Part shown: one piece after another, positions 1-10,208 of the stretch | Numbering within the stretch: position 1 is the first letter of the stretch | How the letters are laid out: each line of letters begins with the position of its first letter | Source of the DNA: Actinomycetes bacterium | GTDB taxonomy: Bacteria > Actinomycetota > Acidimicrobiia > Acidimicrobiales > Acidimicrobiaceae | Assembly: GCA_021842145.1 (NCBI GenBank) | Contig: JAKCBW010000002.1 | Coordinates: 3,954 to 67,953, forward strand | DNA length: 64,000 nt | Direction of reading: 5' to 3' | Program-made: the position numbers and the translations under genes | The notes under the pieces: model-generated | Told to the model about the DNA's origin: nothing | Database searches by the model: none | Seen by the model: the letters and a program-made list of their open reading frames with translations, nothing else

Positions 1-396
1 TACGTTGCAGCATCTAGAGCGGCTGAGAGGTTCGGCTTGTTGAACACCATTGTCTTCACCCACCTACCATCCAATTTCATCCTCATGGCGCTCCCATTGT
101 CTCCAAACCTTGCCTGGGCAGCTGTGATACTGATTCTTCGCTCATCGCTATCTCAAATGGACGTCCCGACGCGCCAGGCGTATCTGATGATGATCGTCAC
201 AAAGCAGGAAAGGACCGCCGCAGCAAGTTACACTTCGTCCGCAAGATACCTGGGTCGCCCGTTTGGTCCTCTTATTACTGGGCTACTTGCAGAATCCTTC
301 TTGTCGCTACCGCTTGTGGCGGCTGGAGCTATCAAGGTTACCTATGATCTAGCTTTGTGGAAGGTCTTTAAGGGCACTCCGATGGTATCGGAGTAG
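1..396 (+). CDS. MFS-type transporter, C-terminal fragment (5' end lies outside the window)
   Basis: The frame is open from base 1; the listed ORF 37..396 is only its first in-frame Met. Hydrophobic helices and the loop 'QMDVPTRQAYLMMIV..ERTAAASYTSSARYLGRPFGPLITG' look like the C-terminal half of an MFS transporter. Confidence 0.5.
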   Translation, partial: YVAASRAAERFGLLNTIVFTHLPSNFILMALPLSPNLAWAAVILILRSSLSQMDVPTRQAYLMMIVTKQERTAAASYTSSARYLGRPFGPLITGLLAESFLSLPLVAAGAIKVTYDLALWKVFKGTPMVSE

Positions 397-538
397 TGGG
401 CGTTTGAAGTGAAGCGGGCTAACCACATGACAGCAGAGCGTGAAAATAACCGGTTGATTTAGCTATGTTGCTAGTTATGTTGTATGCGTGAGGCCACTAG
501 GGCTCGCGTGATCTATCTCCGAGTGGGTTTGAACAAGA

Positions 539-1300
539 GTGTCTAAATGGGCTCCGGTAAGATATGCAGACGGCAGACCCGTCAAATTTTGGAATCAGCT
601 TGCTATTGCTCTGGTTTTTTATTTCGGCTATGAGTACACCTCTCAGCTCGCTTCTGGATCGACCTCGAGTGCTAGGCGAGATGCCCTTTGGGAAGTTTCC
701 ATCGAGAAACGGCTCCATTTCTTCGTTGAGCAGAAGATTCAGCATTTCTTCTTGCGTTATCTATGGTTGATCAAACTGTCAAACTTCTTCTACGTGACGG
801 TTCATTTCATCCTGCCAGTTGTAATACTCGTGCTCCTCTACAGGCGAGATGCCTCGAGATTTTTACGATATAGAAACGTCTTTGCCTGGATGACCGCAAT
901 ATCCTTCGTGATATTTATCGTCTTCCCGGTAATGCCACCGAGGCTTCTGCCAGCCTCTTATCACTTCATTGATACCCAGCTGAAGTTCGGTGGTGCGGGA
1001 AAGCTAGACGCAACCCTCATGAAGGAGGCGGGAAATCCCTATGCAGCGATGCCTAGCCTCCACTTTGCATGGGCTGCCTGGTGCGCCCTTGGTGGCTACA
1101 AAGTCGTTAAGTCTAAGTTGCTTCGTTACTTGTTACTAGCCGATCCATTCATAACGATCTTTGTGGTCATTGTTACCGCAAATCACTTCTTCCTAGATAT
1201 TATCGGTGGGGCATTGGTGCTCTTGGTGTCAATGCTGTTGGCCGGGATCAAAAAAAAGAGTATGAGGGTAGATTCGGGCTGGTTCAACCCTATCCGGTGA
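539..1300 (+). CDS. PAP2-superfamily integral membrane protein (PAP2_3 / inositolphosphotransferase-like)
   Basis: 253-aa ORF with multiple TM helices. 'MPSLHFAWAAW' and 'ANHFFLDIIGGAL' match the conserved His/Asp motifs of PAP2. The GTG start is uncertain. Confidence 0.6.
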   Translation: MSKWAPVRYADGRPVKFWNQLAIALVFYFGYEYTSQLASGSTSSARRDALWEVSIEKRLHFFVEQKIQHFFLRYLWLIKLSNFFYVTVHFILPVVILVLLYRRDASRFLRYRNVFAWMTAISFVIFIVFPVMPPRLLPASYHFIDTQLKFGGAGKLDATLMKEAGNPYAAMPSLHFAWAAWCALGGYKVVKSKLLRYLLLADPFITIFVVIVTANHFFLDIIGGALVLLVSMLLAGIKKKSMRVDSGWFNPIR

Positions 1301-1374
1301 GCGATTTCCGATATGTTTTGAGTACTACTTGAAAAATAGTGGACTTGAGAGTTGGGATAAAGTACACTGCGGCG

Positions 1375-1794
1375 ATGAGCGTAGCGAAGGAATTTAAGGA
1401 TTTCGTCCTAAGGGGTAACGTAGTCGATCTTGCAGTCGGCATAATCATTGGGACCGCATTTACCGGCGTAGTCCAGGCACTTGTGAAGGACCTTATTACG
1501 CCACTGATCGGCATAGCTGGCGGATTTAACTTCAGCAGCCTATCAGCGACCGTGAATAAGAGCGTGTTTCTGTTTGGGACATTTTTGAATGCCGTAGTTA
1601 GCTTTATAATTATTGCGCTTGTGGTGTTTTTCTTTATCGTCAAGCCCATTAATGCGCTATCTGCTCGTGCTGCAGCAAAGAAGGCCTCTCCGCCTCCGGA
1701 ACCTAGCACTAAGAGTTGCCCATTTTGCATCACGGATATTGCAATTACTGCTACCAGGTGCCCCAATTGCACATCCGTTCTATCTCCTAGCTAG
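1375..1794 (+). CDS. mscL: Large-conductance mechanosensitive channel MscL with an extra C-terminal CxxC..CxxC zinc-ribbon
   Basis: 'MSVAKEFKDFVLRGNVVDLAVGIIIGTAFTGVVQALVKDLITPLIG' aligns residue for residue with the MscL N-terminus and TM1. The start is placed at the internal ATG (1375) rather than the ORF-track GTG (1339). The tail reads 'CPFCITDIAITATRCPNC'. Confidence 0.85.
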   Translation: MSVAKEFKDFVLRGNVVDLAVGIIIGTAFTGVVQALVKDLITPLIGIAGGFNFSSLSATVNKSVFLFGTFLNAVVSFIIIALVVFFFIVKPINALSARAAAKKASPPPEPSTKSCPFCITDIAITATRCPNCTSVLSPS

Positions 1795-1896
1795 GACCAT
1801 TTGCGGTGAGTCATCTAGAGATGCGGACGCAAACTTAGGGTGACGGCGCGGCTTTTGGTAGTCTGGATCGGTTACAGTGATCGGCTGGAGGTTTAG

Positions 1897-2952
1897 ATGA
1901 CTATGGATATTGCCGCAGTTCTAGGTGATGAGGCTGAATACTATCTGTCGCACAAGTGTCAGGGCGTGGGTGCGGACTCGTTGACTCTTCCCGGCGGTGA
2001 CTTCATAGACCGTGTTTTTGTCGACTCGGATCGACCGGTCGCGGTACTGAGAAACATGCAGTCGGTCTTTAATCACGGGCGGCTTTCAGGAACCGGCTAT
2101 ATTTCGATTTTGCCTGTTGACCAGGGGATCGAACATTCCGCAGGGGCTTCGTTTGCTAAGAACCCAAACTACTTTGATCCAAAAGAGATCTGTGAATTAG
2201 CCATAAGCGGTGGATGCTCGGCCGTAGCTACGACACTAGGCGGACTAGGCATCGTTGCTAGGCGTTATGTGCACAAGATCCCTTTTATTGTCAAGATCAA
2301 CCACAATGAGCTTCTAACCTACCCCAACCGATTTGACCAGGTTATGTTTGCATCGGTTCGACAGGCTTCTGACCTTGGTGCCGTGGGTGTCGGAGCGACG
2401 ATCTATTTCGGATCAGAGGAGAGTACTAGGCAGATTGTCGAGGTATCCGAAGCATTTGCGGAAGCGCACAGACTGGGTATGTTTACAGTACTGTGGTGCT
2501 ATCTCCGGAACTCCTCTTTTAAAACTCCCGATGGTGATCTACATACCGCTGCAGACCTTACTGGTCAGGCTAACTATTTGGGATCTACAATCCAGGCTGA
2601 CATCGTCAAACAGAAGCTACCGACAACCAATGGCGGATTCGTAAAAATGGCGTATTCGAAAACCGATCCGCTTGTCTATGAGAAGCTCACCTCTGATCAC
2701 CCAATTGACCTGACTCGGTGGCAAGTTCTTAATGCATACGCTGGCAGGATAGGGTTGATCAATTCCGGAGGCGAGTCCAAGGGAGCTTCTGATCTCCAAG
2801 ATGCCGTTACCACGGCCGTTATTAATAAGCGTGCTGGTGGAATGGGACTTATCGTTGGCCGCAAGGCCTTTCAGCGACCGATGGACGATGGCGTGCAGCT
2901 TCTCAACGCTATTCAGGATGTCTATTTGGACCAATCGATAACTATCGCATAG
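1897..2952 (+). CDS. Class I fructose-bisphosphate aldolase (FbaB/DhnA-type, DeoC/LacD family)
   Basis: 351 aa, the size of E. coli FbaB. '[11 protein letters not shown]', 'FIVKINHN' and the C-terminal '[15 protein letters not shown]' are typical of this family. Confidence 0.75.
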   Translation: MTMDIAAVLGDEAEYYLSHKCQGVGADSLTLPGGDFIDRVFVDSDRPVAVLRNMQSVFNHGRLSGTGYISILPVDQGIEHSAGASFAKNPNYFDPKEICELAISGGCSAVATTLGGLGIVARRYVHKIPFIVKINHNELLTYPNRFDQVMFASVRQASDLGAVGVGATIYFGSEESTRQIVEVSEAFAEAHRLGMFTVLWCYLRNSSFKTPDGDLHTAADLTGQANYLGSTIQADIVKQKLPTTNGGFVKMAYSKTDPLVYEKLTSDHPIDLTRWQVLNAYAGRIGLINSGGESKGASDLQDAVTTAVINKRAGGMGLIVGRKAFQRPMDDGVQLLNAIQDVYLDQSITIA

Positions 2953-2971
2953 TTTTCGGTTCGACGGTCAC

Positions 2972-4072
2972 TCACTGGTCGATTTCTTCTCCGAGTAACA
3001 GGCCCGGAAGTGCCTTGGGGTAGAAGCGAGTTGTTTTGGCCGGCAGGAGTCGCTGGGATGAACTCCTTGATACTACGGTTTCGATGGTAATCGGGCGCGG
3101 GAGTAGTTCAAAGGTTTGACCATCGAAGTGGCTCGGAGTGCTATGGTCAAGGAAGCTCGCGTCGGGCCGGTATCCAGCGGGCTCGAATGGGAACGGGATC
3201 TCGGCCTCAAATAGTTCGGCGTCTGTGAGTTCCGAATCTGAAGCTTTTTTAGATAATTCACCGCTAAGTTTGTATACCCTCGTCCCTACCCTCAATAGCG
3301 GCGAGGAGGGCCATAATGCGTTGGCCCGCTCGGCATCTGAAACGGGGACGAGGTCGAATTTTGACCGAAGTGTCGGCTCGAAGTCTGGCAGCGGTACCGT
3401 CGGGCGATAGCTTCTAGCCCAGGTAGCAAGGGTAGGTCCTTCGTCAAATGAAGGAGTCACCATGCACATTAATCGTTTTGGACCAGAGGAAGCAATTGAT
3501 GCGCCAGCGGCCCTTAGGCGGTGGTGTCCGTCGGCCACAATCAAAGGCAGAGAGCTAGTGGTCTCTTGGAATTCCCTTAGTAATGCAGGTTGCCTGAGGA
3601 GCCAAATTCTGTGGTGCACTCCCATCGAGTCCGTGACCCTTGAAACGAGGTCACCCTCGGAAATGCTGATCAGCTGGGAGATTGCTTTTGTCTTGTCCAA
3701 AAGCCAAATAGGATGCTTTGGTCTTTTACTTGGAATTCGGTCTGGACGGTAGGCGCGAGTAGTGTTTTCGTGAGGCAGGAGTGCTAACTCGGGCCACGGC
3801 TGGCCGGATAAGCGGTCAGTGTCGAGGTCGGATTGCATTGATTCCTGGGGTAAAGAGGCGGGACCGGTTAGTTCTAAGATGCCAACAATGCCCCTCATTC
3901 TTTTGAGGTCTCCGCTTTGGGTGGTATGCACGGTTTGGTAGATATAAAGACCCGCTTCATCGTCTAACGTTATCTGGTCAAGGAGTGGCTCCAAAGGTGG
4001 GTTCTCAATAGTTGAGGTACTGGCTTCGAAGGGGTCATACCTATAAGAGGCGAAGGGGAGCAGAGAGTGCAT
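2972..4072 (-). CDS. DUF1015 family protein
   Basis: 366-aa ORF carrying the family-defining 'ADGHHR' motif ('LIVADGHHRLRAA'). Confidence 0.6.
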   Translation of the reverse strand: MHSLLPFASYRYDPFEASTSTIENPPLEPLLDQITLDDEAGLYIYQTVHTTQSGDLKRMRGIVGILELTGPASLPQESMQSDLDTDRLSGQPWPELALLPHENTTRAYRPDRIPSKRPKHPIWLLDKTKAISQLISISEGDLVSRVTDSMGVHHRIWLLRQPALLREFQETTSSLPLIVADGHHRLRAAGASIASSGPKRLMCMVTPSFDEGPTLATWARSYRPTVPLPDFEPTLRSKFDLVPVSDAERANALWPSSPLLRVGTRVYKLSGELSKKASDSELTDAELFEAEIPFPFEPAGYRPDASFLDHSTPSHFDGQTFELLPRPITIETVVSRSSSQRLLPAKTTRFYPKALPGLLLGEEIDQ

Positions 4073-4134
4073 GTCTCTATGAATAGTGGCTCAAGGCACG
4101 AATTTGCGCACTTTCTGACATAGAACCTGATACT

Positions 4135-4926
4135 TTGCCAAGAAAGGACGATTTTTTGAATAGTAATGCCACATGGGTGCTCGATTTGGACGGCGTTATC
4201 TGGTTAGGAGACGAGGCCATACCGGGCGCACGAGAAGCCATTTCGGCGCTAAGGGCCAATGGAAGGGGAGTGCTTTTAGTGACAAACAATTCTCGTCCAA
4301 CGGTCGCCGAATACCTGCAGAAGCTAGCCGGGTTTGGGATTGATATCTCTAGGGAGGAACTCATCTCATCTTCGATTGCCGCAGGTTCACTCATAAATCC
4401 TGGGGAAAGTGTATACGTCATCGGGGGCGACGGTTTAAAGGAGGCCATCTCGTCATCGGGTGCCACGATAGCCAAGGATCATCGTGCTGACGTGGTGGCG
4501 GTGGGTTGGTCGAGGGAGTTCGACTACGAGATAATGTCGGTGGCGCTAAGGGCGCTGCTAGCTGGCGCTCGATTTGTGGCAACCAATGAGGATCCTACCT
4601 ATCCAACTCCACAGGGACTAGTTCCGGGCGCTGGAGCGATAGTCAGGTCTATCGCCTATGCGTCGGGTCGTGAGCCGACGGTAGCTGGAAAGCCCCATAA
4701 ACCAATAGTTGAAATAGTTCGAGAGCGGGTGGGCCCTGGATCGGTGATGGTCGGCGACCGCTATAGCACGGATGGAATTTTTGCAAAAAATGTTGGCCTA
4801 CCCTTCTACCTCGTTCTTTCTGGAGTGACGAAGGAGGTCGACCCATCCTGGAAGCCAAGTCCCGCCAGAATCGGCAAGGATCTTTTAGACCTTGTTCGAT
4901 CTGATCGATTTCACCTTGGCGACTAG
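4135..4926 (+). CDS. HAD-IIA family hydrolase (NagD-like sugar/nucleotide phosphatase)
   Basis: 'WVLDLDGVIWLGDEAIPGA' is HAD motif I (DxDG). 'LLVTNNS' is motif II. 'VMVGDRYSTDG' is motif IV. Confidence 0.8.
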   Translation: MPRKDDFLNSNATWVLDLDGVIWLGDEAIPGAREAISALRANGRGVLLVTNNSRPTVAEYLQKLAGFGIDISREELISSSIAAGSLINPGESVYVIGGDGLKEAISSSGATIAKDHRADVVAVGWSREFDYEIMSVALRALLAGARFVATNEDPTYPTPQGLVPGAGAIVRSIAYASGREPTVAGKPHKPIVEIVRERVGPGSVMVGDRYSTDGIFAKNVGLPFYLVLSGVTKEVDPSWKPSPARIGKDLLDLVRSDRFHLGD

Positions 4927-4943
4927 TTCACCTTGGCGACTAG
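4910..4943. repeat. Perfect tandem duplication, 2 x 17 bp (ttcaccttggcgactag), first copy containing the stop codon of the HAD gene
   Basis: Read directly: 4910-4926 equals 4927-4943. Confidence 0.95.
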
Positions 4944-5043
4944 CTGGGCGAATCGGGTCGGCTAGTCGTGCTGCCAGGCCAGAGCGCTTCTGACGAAGTA
5001 GTTTATAAGTAATCGGTTTTAGATCTTTAGTTTGGGAGCAGCG

Positions 5044-6033
5044 ATGCGTGAAGTGGTACTGGCGGCCAGACCTATTGGGTGGCCCAAAGATAGTGATTTT
5101 GGAATTAGGGAGGTGGACACTCCAAAGATTTCCCAGGGCGAGGTACTCGTGAGAGTCGACTGGCTTTCCGTCGATCCTTACATGCGTGGAAGGATGAATG
5201 ACCAAAAGAGCTACGTTCCGCCTTTTGCCCTTGATGCTCCGCTTGCGGGAGGGGCGGTGGGTACGGTTGTTGAGACCACGGTTGACTCTCTGCCAGTTGG
5301 GGCGATTGTCACTGGCTCCTTCGGGTGGCGTGAGTTTGATGCCGTTTCGGCTAAGGCAGTGATGAGGATTGAAAACGACTCGACACCTCCGGAGTACTAC
5401 CTAGGGGTTCTTGGGATGCCGGGTATGACCGCATACTATGGTCTGATAAACGTCGGTGACGTAAAGGACGGGGAAGTTGTATACGTTTCCGCAGCAGCGG
5501 GGGCAGTTGGTTCAATTGTTGGTCAGATTGCCAAGATCAAGGGCTGTCGGACTATCGGGAGTGCCGGCGGCCCCGAGAAGGTAAACAGGCTGGCTGAACT
5601 GGGATTCGACGTTGGTGTCGATTACCGTTCCGCTGACCTGCGGGAGACCTTAGCTGCAGCTGCCCCTGGAGGGATCGACGTTTACTTCGATAACGTGGGT
5701 GGTGATCATTTAGAAGCTGCTCTTTGGAACATGGCCGATTTTGGCCGAATTGTCATGTGTGGTGCGATTTCTCTTTACAACTCTTCACAAGCTCAACCTG
5801 GTCCAAGAAATCTTGTTCTGGCTGTGCAGAGGCGCCTTCGACTGCAGGGGTTTATAGTGAGCGACCATTTTTCAGAGATGGGTCAATGCATAAGCGATAT
5901 GAAGAGCTGGGTTAGGGAAGGCAAAATATCCGTAGACCAGACGGTAGTTTCTGGCCTTGAGGCGGCCCCAGGAGCCCTTATCGGACTCATGAAGGGCGAG
6001 AATTTAGGAAAGATGCTAGTCAAAGTATCATAG
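5044..6033 (+). CDS. NADP-dependent oxidoreductase, medium-chain reductase family (YncB/CurA/PTGR1-like)
   Basis: 'GEVLVRVDWLSVDPYMRGRM' is the family N-terminal signature. 'AAAGAVGSIVGQIAK' is the nucleotide-binding glycine motif. The ATG at 5044 is preceded by GGGAG. Confidence 0.85.
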   Translation: MREVVLAARPIGWPKDSDFGIREVDTPKISQGEVLVRVDWLSVDPYMRGRMNDQKSYVPPFALDAPLAGGAVGTVVETTVDSLPVGAIVTGSFGWREFDAVSAKAVMRIENDSTPPEYYLGVLGMPGMTAYYGLINVGDVKDGEVVYVSAAAGAVGSIVGQIAKIKGCRTIGSAGGPEKVNRLAELGFDVGVDYRSADLRETLAAAAPGGIDVYFDNVGGDHLEAALWNMADFGRIVMCGAISLYNSSQAQPGPRNLVLAVQRRLRLQGFIVSDHFSEMGQCISDMKSWVREGKISVDQTVVSGLEAAPGALIGLMKGENLGKMLVKVS

Positions 6034-6139
6034 CGACCTGGGGATAATTCTGAATGTAAGAGTTTCATCATTGGGGGTTCATGAGATTCTAAGGCATCGA
6101 AATGAAAATGGCTAAGTCGAGTAATGGGTACTTGTAGAT

Positions 6140-6784
6140 ATGCCGCGGGTAGTCTTGCGTTGCTATGTTAGGGTCATGATGGGTCGGAAGTGGAGTTCCT
6201 CCGTGCCGTGGGGTCACGTCGGGGTGGGCAATGTTGGGTTTGGCCTTGTCCTGGCGATAGTATCAATTGGCGTTGGAGCGGGGTTTAATGTCGGCCTTAC
6301 TTCGTTTACGGGCGGAAGCAAAGTACCTAGCGCTGCGGTAATTACAACGAACCAAGCCGGTAGACACTCTACAAGAAAATCGATCCCGTCTACCGACCCG
6401 CAGAGTTCTTCCGAGTCTGAATCAACCGAGTCCAAGGTAATTACGGGTAGCGAAGGACCTGACGAGTCAGCCAATCCCTCAAGCATACTTCAGATTGCCC
6501 CCTCTTCTCCGGTGGATCAGATCCCAAATGTTGGTGTGGTTGAGCCAGGTGAAGCGACGGTCAATCAGAACCCTTTGTCTCAGGCGCAAGTGTCCTTCGG
6601 TGAAGGGTTCGCTCCTAAACCTACCTCTGGGCAGACGGCAAGTGGTGAAAGTGCTACCGCCCCGGTCCAGGCTACGGTGGAGACGTCAACGGTAGACAAC
6701 CAAGGTACTACCACGCAGCCCAAGGCTATTTCAGAACCCCCTATCGGTGATGTACCCGCTTTGTCTAACCATGGTGATGGGTGA
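6140..6784 (+). CDS. Hypothetical membrane-anchored Ser/Thr/Pro-rich protein
   Basis: One N-terminal TM segment ('GFGLVLAIVSIGVGAGF') followed by about 150 aa of low-complexity S/T/P/Q sequence. Its stop lies 5 nt before the kinase start. Coding status is uncertain. Confidence 0.35.
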   Translation: MPRVVLRCYVRVMMGRKWSSSVPWGHVGVGNVGFGLVLAIVSIGVGAGFNVGLTSFTGGSKVPSAAVITTNQAGRHSTRKSIPSTDPQSSSESESTESKVITGSEGPDESANPSSILQIAPSSPVDQIPNVGVVEPGEATVNQNPLSQAQVSFGEGFAPKPTSGQTASGESATAPVQATVETSTVDNQGTTTQPKAISEPPIGDVPALSNHGDG

Positions 6785-6788
6785 GCTG

Positions 6789-8354
6789 ATGGAATCCCAA
6801 GCGGATCGGACCGCCCGGGAGAGGTTTTTTGTCCGATATGGGAGACGGGTGTTTGCCGGAAGAGTGCTGGGCACAGCGGGTCGCCTGGTAGCCCTTTACG
6901 GGGCGGTTACATCAGTGGTTTTGGGACTGTCGGTGTATCAAGTAGTGAATAATTTTTCCCAACACTACATGGGGCTTGCCCGGTCGGACTTGGGCGGTGA
7001 AGTGCCGGAGTTTTCTACTGCGGCTTCGGTGCGCACCCCGGGTCAATCACTGTTCAGTTTTTCAGAGTATTACCTGCGTAGCCACGGTTCTCTTTCGCAG
7101 CATCGAATTGTTATTGCTCTGGCCAATCAGACGACGCTTGCCTCTACGGGAGCGTCCTGGCTCGTGGGAGTTCCGATAGTGAGCTCCATGCTCAAACACC
7201 CACCGGCACGGACGATCTTTTATACCACTTCTTATGGTGCAAGGGGTCCGATACTTATTCTTGGTTCGCCGATTATGCAGAACTCTAAACCCGTTGGTCT
7301 TTTGGTCGCCGAGTCTTCGTTAGCTAGTCTCTACAGCCAAAAGCAACAGGTGGCACTGTTATCTGGCTTTGAGGCGCTCGTGGCCCTGGTCTTTTCGATC
7401 CTGTCTAGCTACTATCTGTTGCGACGAGTGATGAAGGCCGTCGGAGCGATCACGGAGGCGGCGGTCGAGATCTACCAGGGTGACCTTGATACTCGACTGG
7501 TTGGAGCGGGTGAGAAGGACGAGGTAGGTGGCCTTGTGGCCGCTTTCAATCAGATGATCGCAAAGATATCCGATACCCTAAAGGCCCAACAGAGGCTTTT
7601 GGCGGACGTCTCACACCAACTGCGCACTCCTCTTACTGTAATGCGTGGGAATCTGGAGCTTTTGCAGATCTCAAAAGACGAGCCGGAGGAGGTTACCGCC
7701 ACCGCAACGGTACTTCTAGAAGAGATTGACTACATGAGTTCGATGATCGACAAGCTCCTCCTTCTCGAGCGGTCTACGTCGGGTGGATTTTTAAATGTCG
7801 AGCCAATCGACTTGCGGACCTTTTTGTACGACCTGTTCGGTTCTGCTCAAATGCTTGGCGAACGAGATTGGGTATTGGGGGAGGTTCCCGACTTAGTGAT
7901 GATCGCCGATGGCCCCAAGCTTCGGGGGGCCTTGCTGAACCTCCTCGAAAACGCGGTGAAGGCCTCGGAAGTTGGAACCAAAATTGAGCTTGAGGCTAAC
8001 CTTTTGAAAAGTGCCAAAGGTAGCAGTATCGCAATATCGGTCAAAGACGAAGGAATGGGAATCGCTCCAGAGCTTCAGGAGCGGGTTTTCCGGCGCTTCG
8101 AGAGAGGAGACACTTCGGATAGCAGGGGAACGGGCCTAGGGCTAGCCATAGTCAAAGCGATTGTCGATGCACATCACGGCGTGGTTGAACTCGAAAGTAG
8201 GGTCGGGGTCGGATCAAAGTTCACTTTGGTCATACCGGTTAACTACGAAGATTCTCCTCAATTTGAACCTTCGGGGGTTTTCCAGCTGCCCGAAATTGGA
8301 AGTTCTAATATTGAAAGCGGGGTCAAGAGTGCACATAGCAGTGGTAGAAGATGA
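6789..8354 (+). CDS. Sensor histidine kinase (two TM, HAMP, HisKA, HATPase_c)
   Basis: H-box 'SHQLRTPLTVMRGNLELL', N-box 'LLNLLENAVKAS', G-boxes 'DEGMGI' and 'GTGLGLAIV'. The start is placed at the ATG at 6789, after a GGTGATGGGTGAG Shine-Dalgarno-like stretch. Confidence 0.85.
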   Translation: MESQADRTARERFFVRYGRRVFAGRVLGTAGRLVALYGAVTSVVLGLSVYQVVNNFSQHYMGLARSDLGGEVPEFSTAASVRTPGQSLFSFSEYYLRSHGSLSQHRIVIALANQTTLASTGASWLVGVPIVSSMLKHPPARTIFYTTSYGARGPILILGSPIMQNSKPVGLLVAESSLASLYSQKQQVALLSGFEALVALVFSILSSYYLLRRVMKAVGAITEAAVEIYQGDLDTRLVGAGEKDEVGGLVAAFNQMIAKISDTLKAQQRLLADVSHQLRTPLTVMRGNLELLQISKDEPEEVTATATVLLEEIDYMSSMIDKLLLLERSTSGGFLNVEPIDLRTFLYDLFGSAQMLGERDWVLGEVPDLVMIADGPKLRGALLNLLENAVKASEVGTKIELEANLLKSAKGSSIAISVKDEGMGIAPELQERVFRRFERGDTSDSRGTGLGLAIVKAIVDAHHGVVELESRVGVGSKFTLVIPVNYEDSPQFEPSGVFQLPEIGSSNIESGVKSAHSSGRR

Positions 8355-9009
8355 TGAGCGTATAGCTTCATTCCTCTCTAAGGGTCTCAAAGCCGAAGGG
8401 TACGTGACCACGGTGATAGGGGACGGTAGTCACGCACGGGACTTTTTGCCCCTGATCGAAGAAGAGCTTGATCTGATCCTTTTGGACCTATCTTTGCCAT
8501 CGGTCAACGGGTTGGAACTTCTCCGCTTCTGGCGGGATAAGGGCGTCGCCACGCCGGTGATCATCCTAACCGCGAGGGATGAGGTCAGTGACAAGGTAAA
8601 AGGTCTAGACGCAGGGGCGACGGATTACGTGACTAAACCCTTCCACTTTGCCGAGCTACTTGCGCGCATCAGGGCGGCTCTCAGAACCTCTGAGCAGTCG
8701 GCAAGCACGACGCTCGTAGCTGGAGATCTCAGCCTTGACCTGATAACTAAAGTGGCTTGGCGTGCTGGGAGGCGTATCGATCTATCTCCTCGTGAGTGGG
8801 CGCTTTTGGAGTTATTCCTCCGGAATCCTTACCAGGTACTTTCGAGGACGCAGATACTGAGCCATGTATGGGAATACAGCTTTGACCCAGGATCCAATGT
8901 AGTTGACGTATACGTTGGATATTTGCGAAAGAAGATCAATTTTCCAGGGCTTACGCCACTTCTGCAAACAATCAGAGGGGCCGGTTATCGGTTGAGTCCT
9001 CCGACGTAA
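8329..9009 (+). CDS. OmpR/PhoB-family response regulator
   Basis: 'VHIAVVEDDERIA' (GTG start), the phospho-acceptor context 'DLILLDLSLP', 'TARDE..DKVKGLDAGATDYVTKPF', and the winged-helix end 'TIRGAGYRL'. It overlaps the kinase stop by 26 nt. Confidence 0.9.
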   Translation: MHIAVVEDDERIASFLSKGLKAEGYVTTVIGDGSHARDFLPLIEEELDLILLDLSLPSVNGLELLRFWRDKGVATPVIILTARDEVSDKVKGLDAGATDYVTKPFHFAELLARIRAALRTSEQSASTTLVAGDLSLDLITKVAWRAGRRIDLSPREWALLELFLRNPYQVLSRTQILSHVWEYSFDPGSNVVDVYVGYLRKKINFPGLTPLLQTIRGAGYRLSPPT

Positions 9010-9026
9010 ATTGTGTAGCGTCGAAT

Positions 9027-10127
9027 TCAATGTTGACCGGGGACAATGGGGTCTGTTTTGGCGGCATCTATTGCATCTTCTACCTGGCTAATGCGCTTTC
9101 TGTCGAATTCCTCGGCTTGTGCTTCATCGTCCTTCATCAGTTCGTCTATGTTGGTGTCGGCGAATCCAATGACGCCCATTTTCTCAAATGATTCTTTGAT
9201 CGTTGGTCCCCAGAGACCAATATCCTTCAGGATAGGTACGATCCGCATGAATAAAAATGACCTGAATTGGACCTGTCCTGGCGACTCCTTCATCCATTTG
9301 ACACATTCAGCTACGTCGTAGCCGAGGGTATCCCAAACTTCTTCAGATAGAAATCGATCTCGCATGCTAAGGCAAGCTTCGGCAGCAAATTCCTCTCGTT
9401 CCTGCCTCTCTTTAGAGCTCAGTTGTGGGTAGAAGTCCTTCAGTGCGTTTCTGCCAAATGCCACATGGCGCGCTTCGTCCTGCATTACATAAGCGGTAAT
9501 GGTGCGACCTAGCTCATTTGTCGTGAAGTTTCGAATCAAACCAAATGCAGCTAAGGCTAAACCTTCGATAAGAACCTGCATTCCTAGGTATGTCATGTCC
9601 CACCTGGAGTCCGTGAGTACATCTTCGAGGAGAGATTTCAGGTTGAGATTAATTGGATAAGCGAGCCCGAGTTTGTCCAGATAGGTTGAGTAGACCTCCA
9701 TATGTCTAGCCTCATCGAAGACTTGGGTGGCTGCGTAGTATTTGGCGTCCAGTTCCGGGACAGTTTGAACAATTTTGGAAGCACAGATTAACGCACCTTG
9801 CTCGCCATGGAGAAATTGCGAAAATTGCCAGGCGACGATGTGTCGTCGTAGTTCGACCTTGTCGTTTTGGGATAAGCTAGACCAGATTGGAGATCCGAAG
9901 AGGGGTATCATCTCATCGGAGCTCCCAAGTGGGTTGTCATGGTCGATTTCAAGGTCCCAATCGATTCTGACCTTTGCATCCCACTGTCGCCTTTTACCCT
10001 TATCGTAGAGGTTGAGCAGCTTTTCCCTTGACGAGTCATATTCCCAGCTAAACTGGACTGCACCGGAGCCATCTTGTAGCTTCCAACCGGTTTTATCTAC
10101 GGGCACTACAAACGACTTCTTCCCCAT
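9027..10127 (-). CDS. Ferritin-like diiron-carboxylate protein (AurF / RNR-R2-like oxygenase fold)
   Basis: A four-helix diiron ligand pattern: 'LHGEQGAL', 'FDEARHMEVY', 'LIEGLALAAF', 'MQDEARHVAFG' (E, ExxH, E, ExxH). The specific family cannot be assigned by eye. Confidence 0.55.
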   Translation of the reverse strand: MGKKSFVVPVDKTGWKLQDGSGAVQFSWEYDSSREKLLNLYDKGKRRQWDAKVRIDWDLEIDHDNPLGSSDEMIPLFGSPIWSSLSQNDKVELRRHIVAWQFSQFLHGEQGALICASKIVQTVPELDAKYYAATQVFDEARHMEVYSTYLDKLGLAYPINLNLKSLLEDVLTDSRWDMTYLGMQVLIEGLALAAFGLIRNFTTNELGRTITAYVMQDEARHVAFGRNALKDFYPQLSSKERQEREEFAAEACLSMRDRFLSEEVWDTLGYDVAECVKWMKESPGQVQFRSFLFMRIVPILKDIGLWGPTIKESFEKMGVIGFADTNIDELMKDDEAQAEEFDRKRISQVEDAIDAAKTDPIVPGQH

Positions 10128-10208
10128 TTGGACCCCCTGTCGTCTTTGGCATGAAGCTGCTTGACCACCAAGGATAACCCAGGTTTTGGAGATATGGTTG
10201 GCGGGAGA

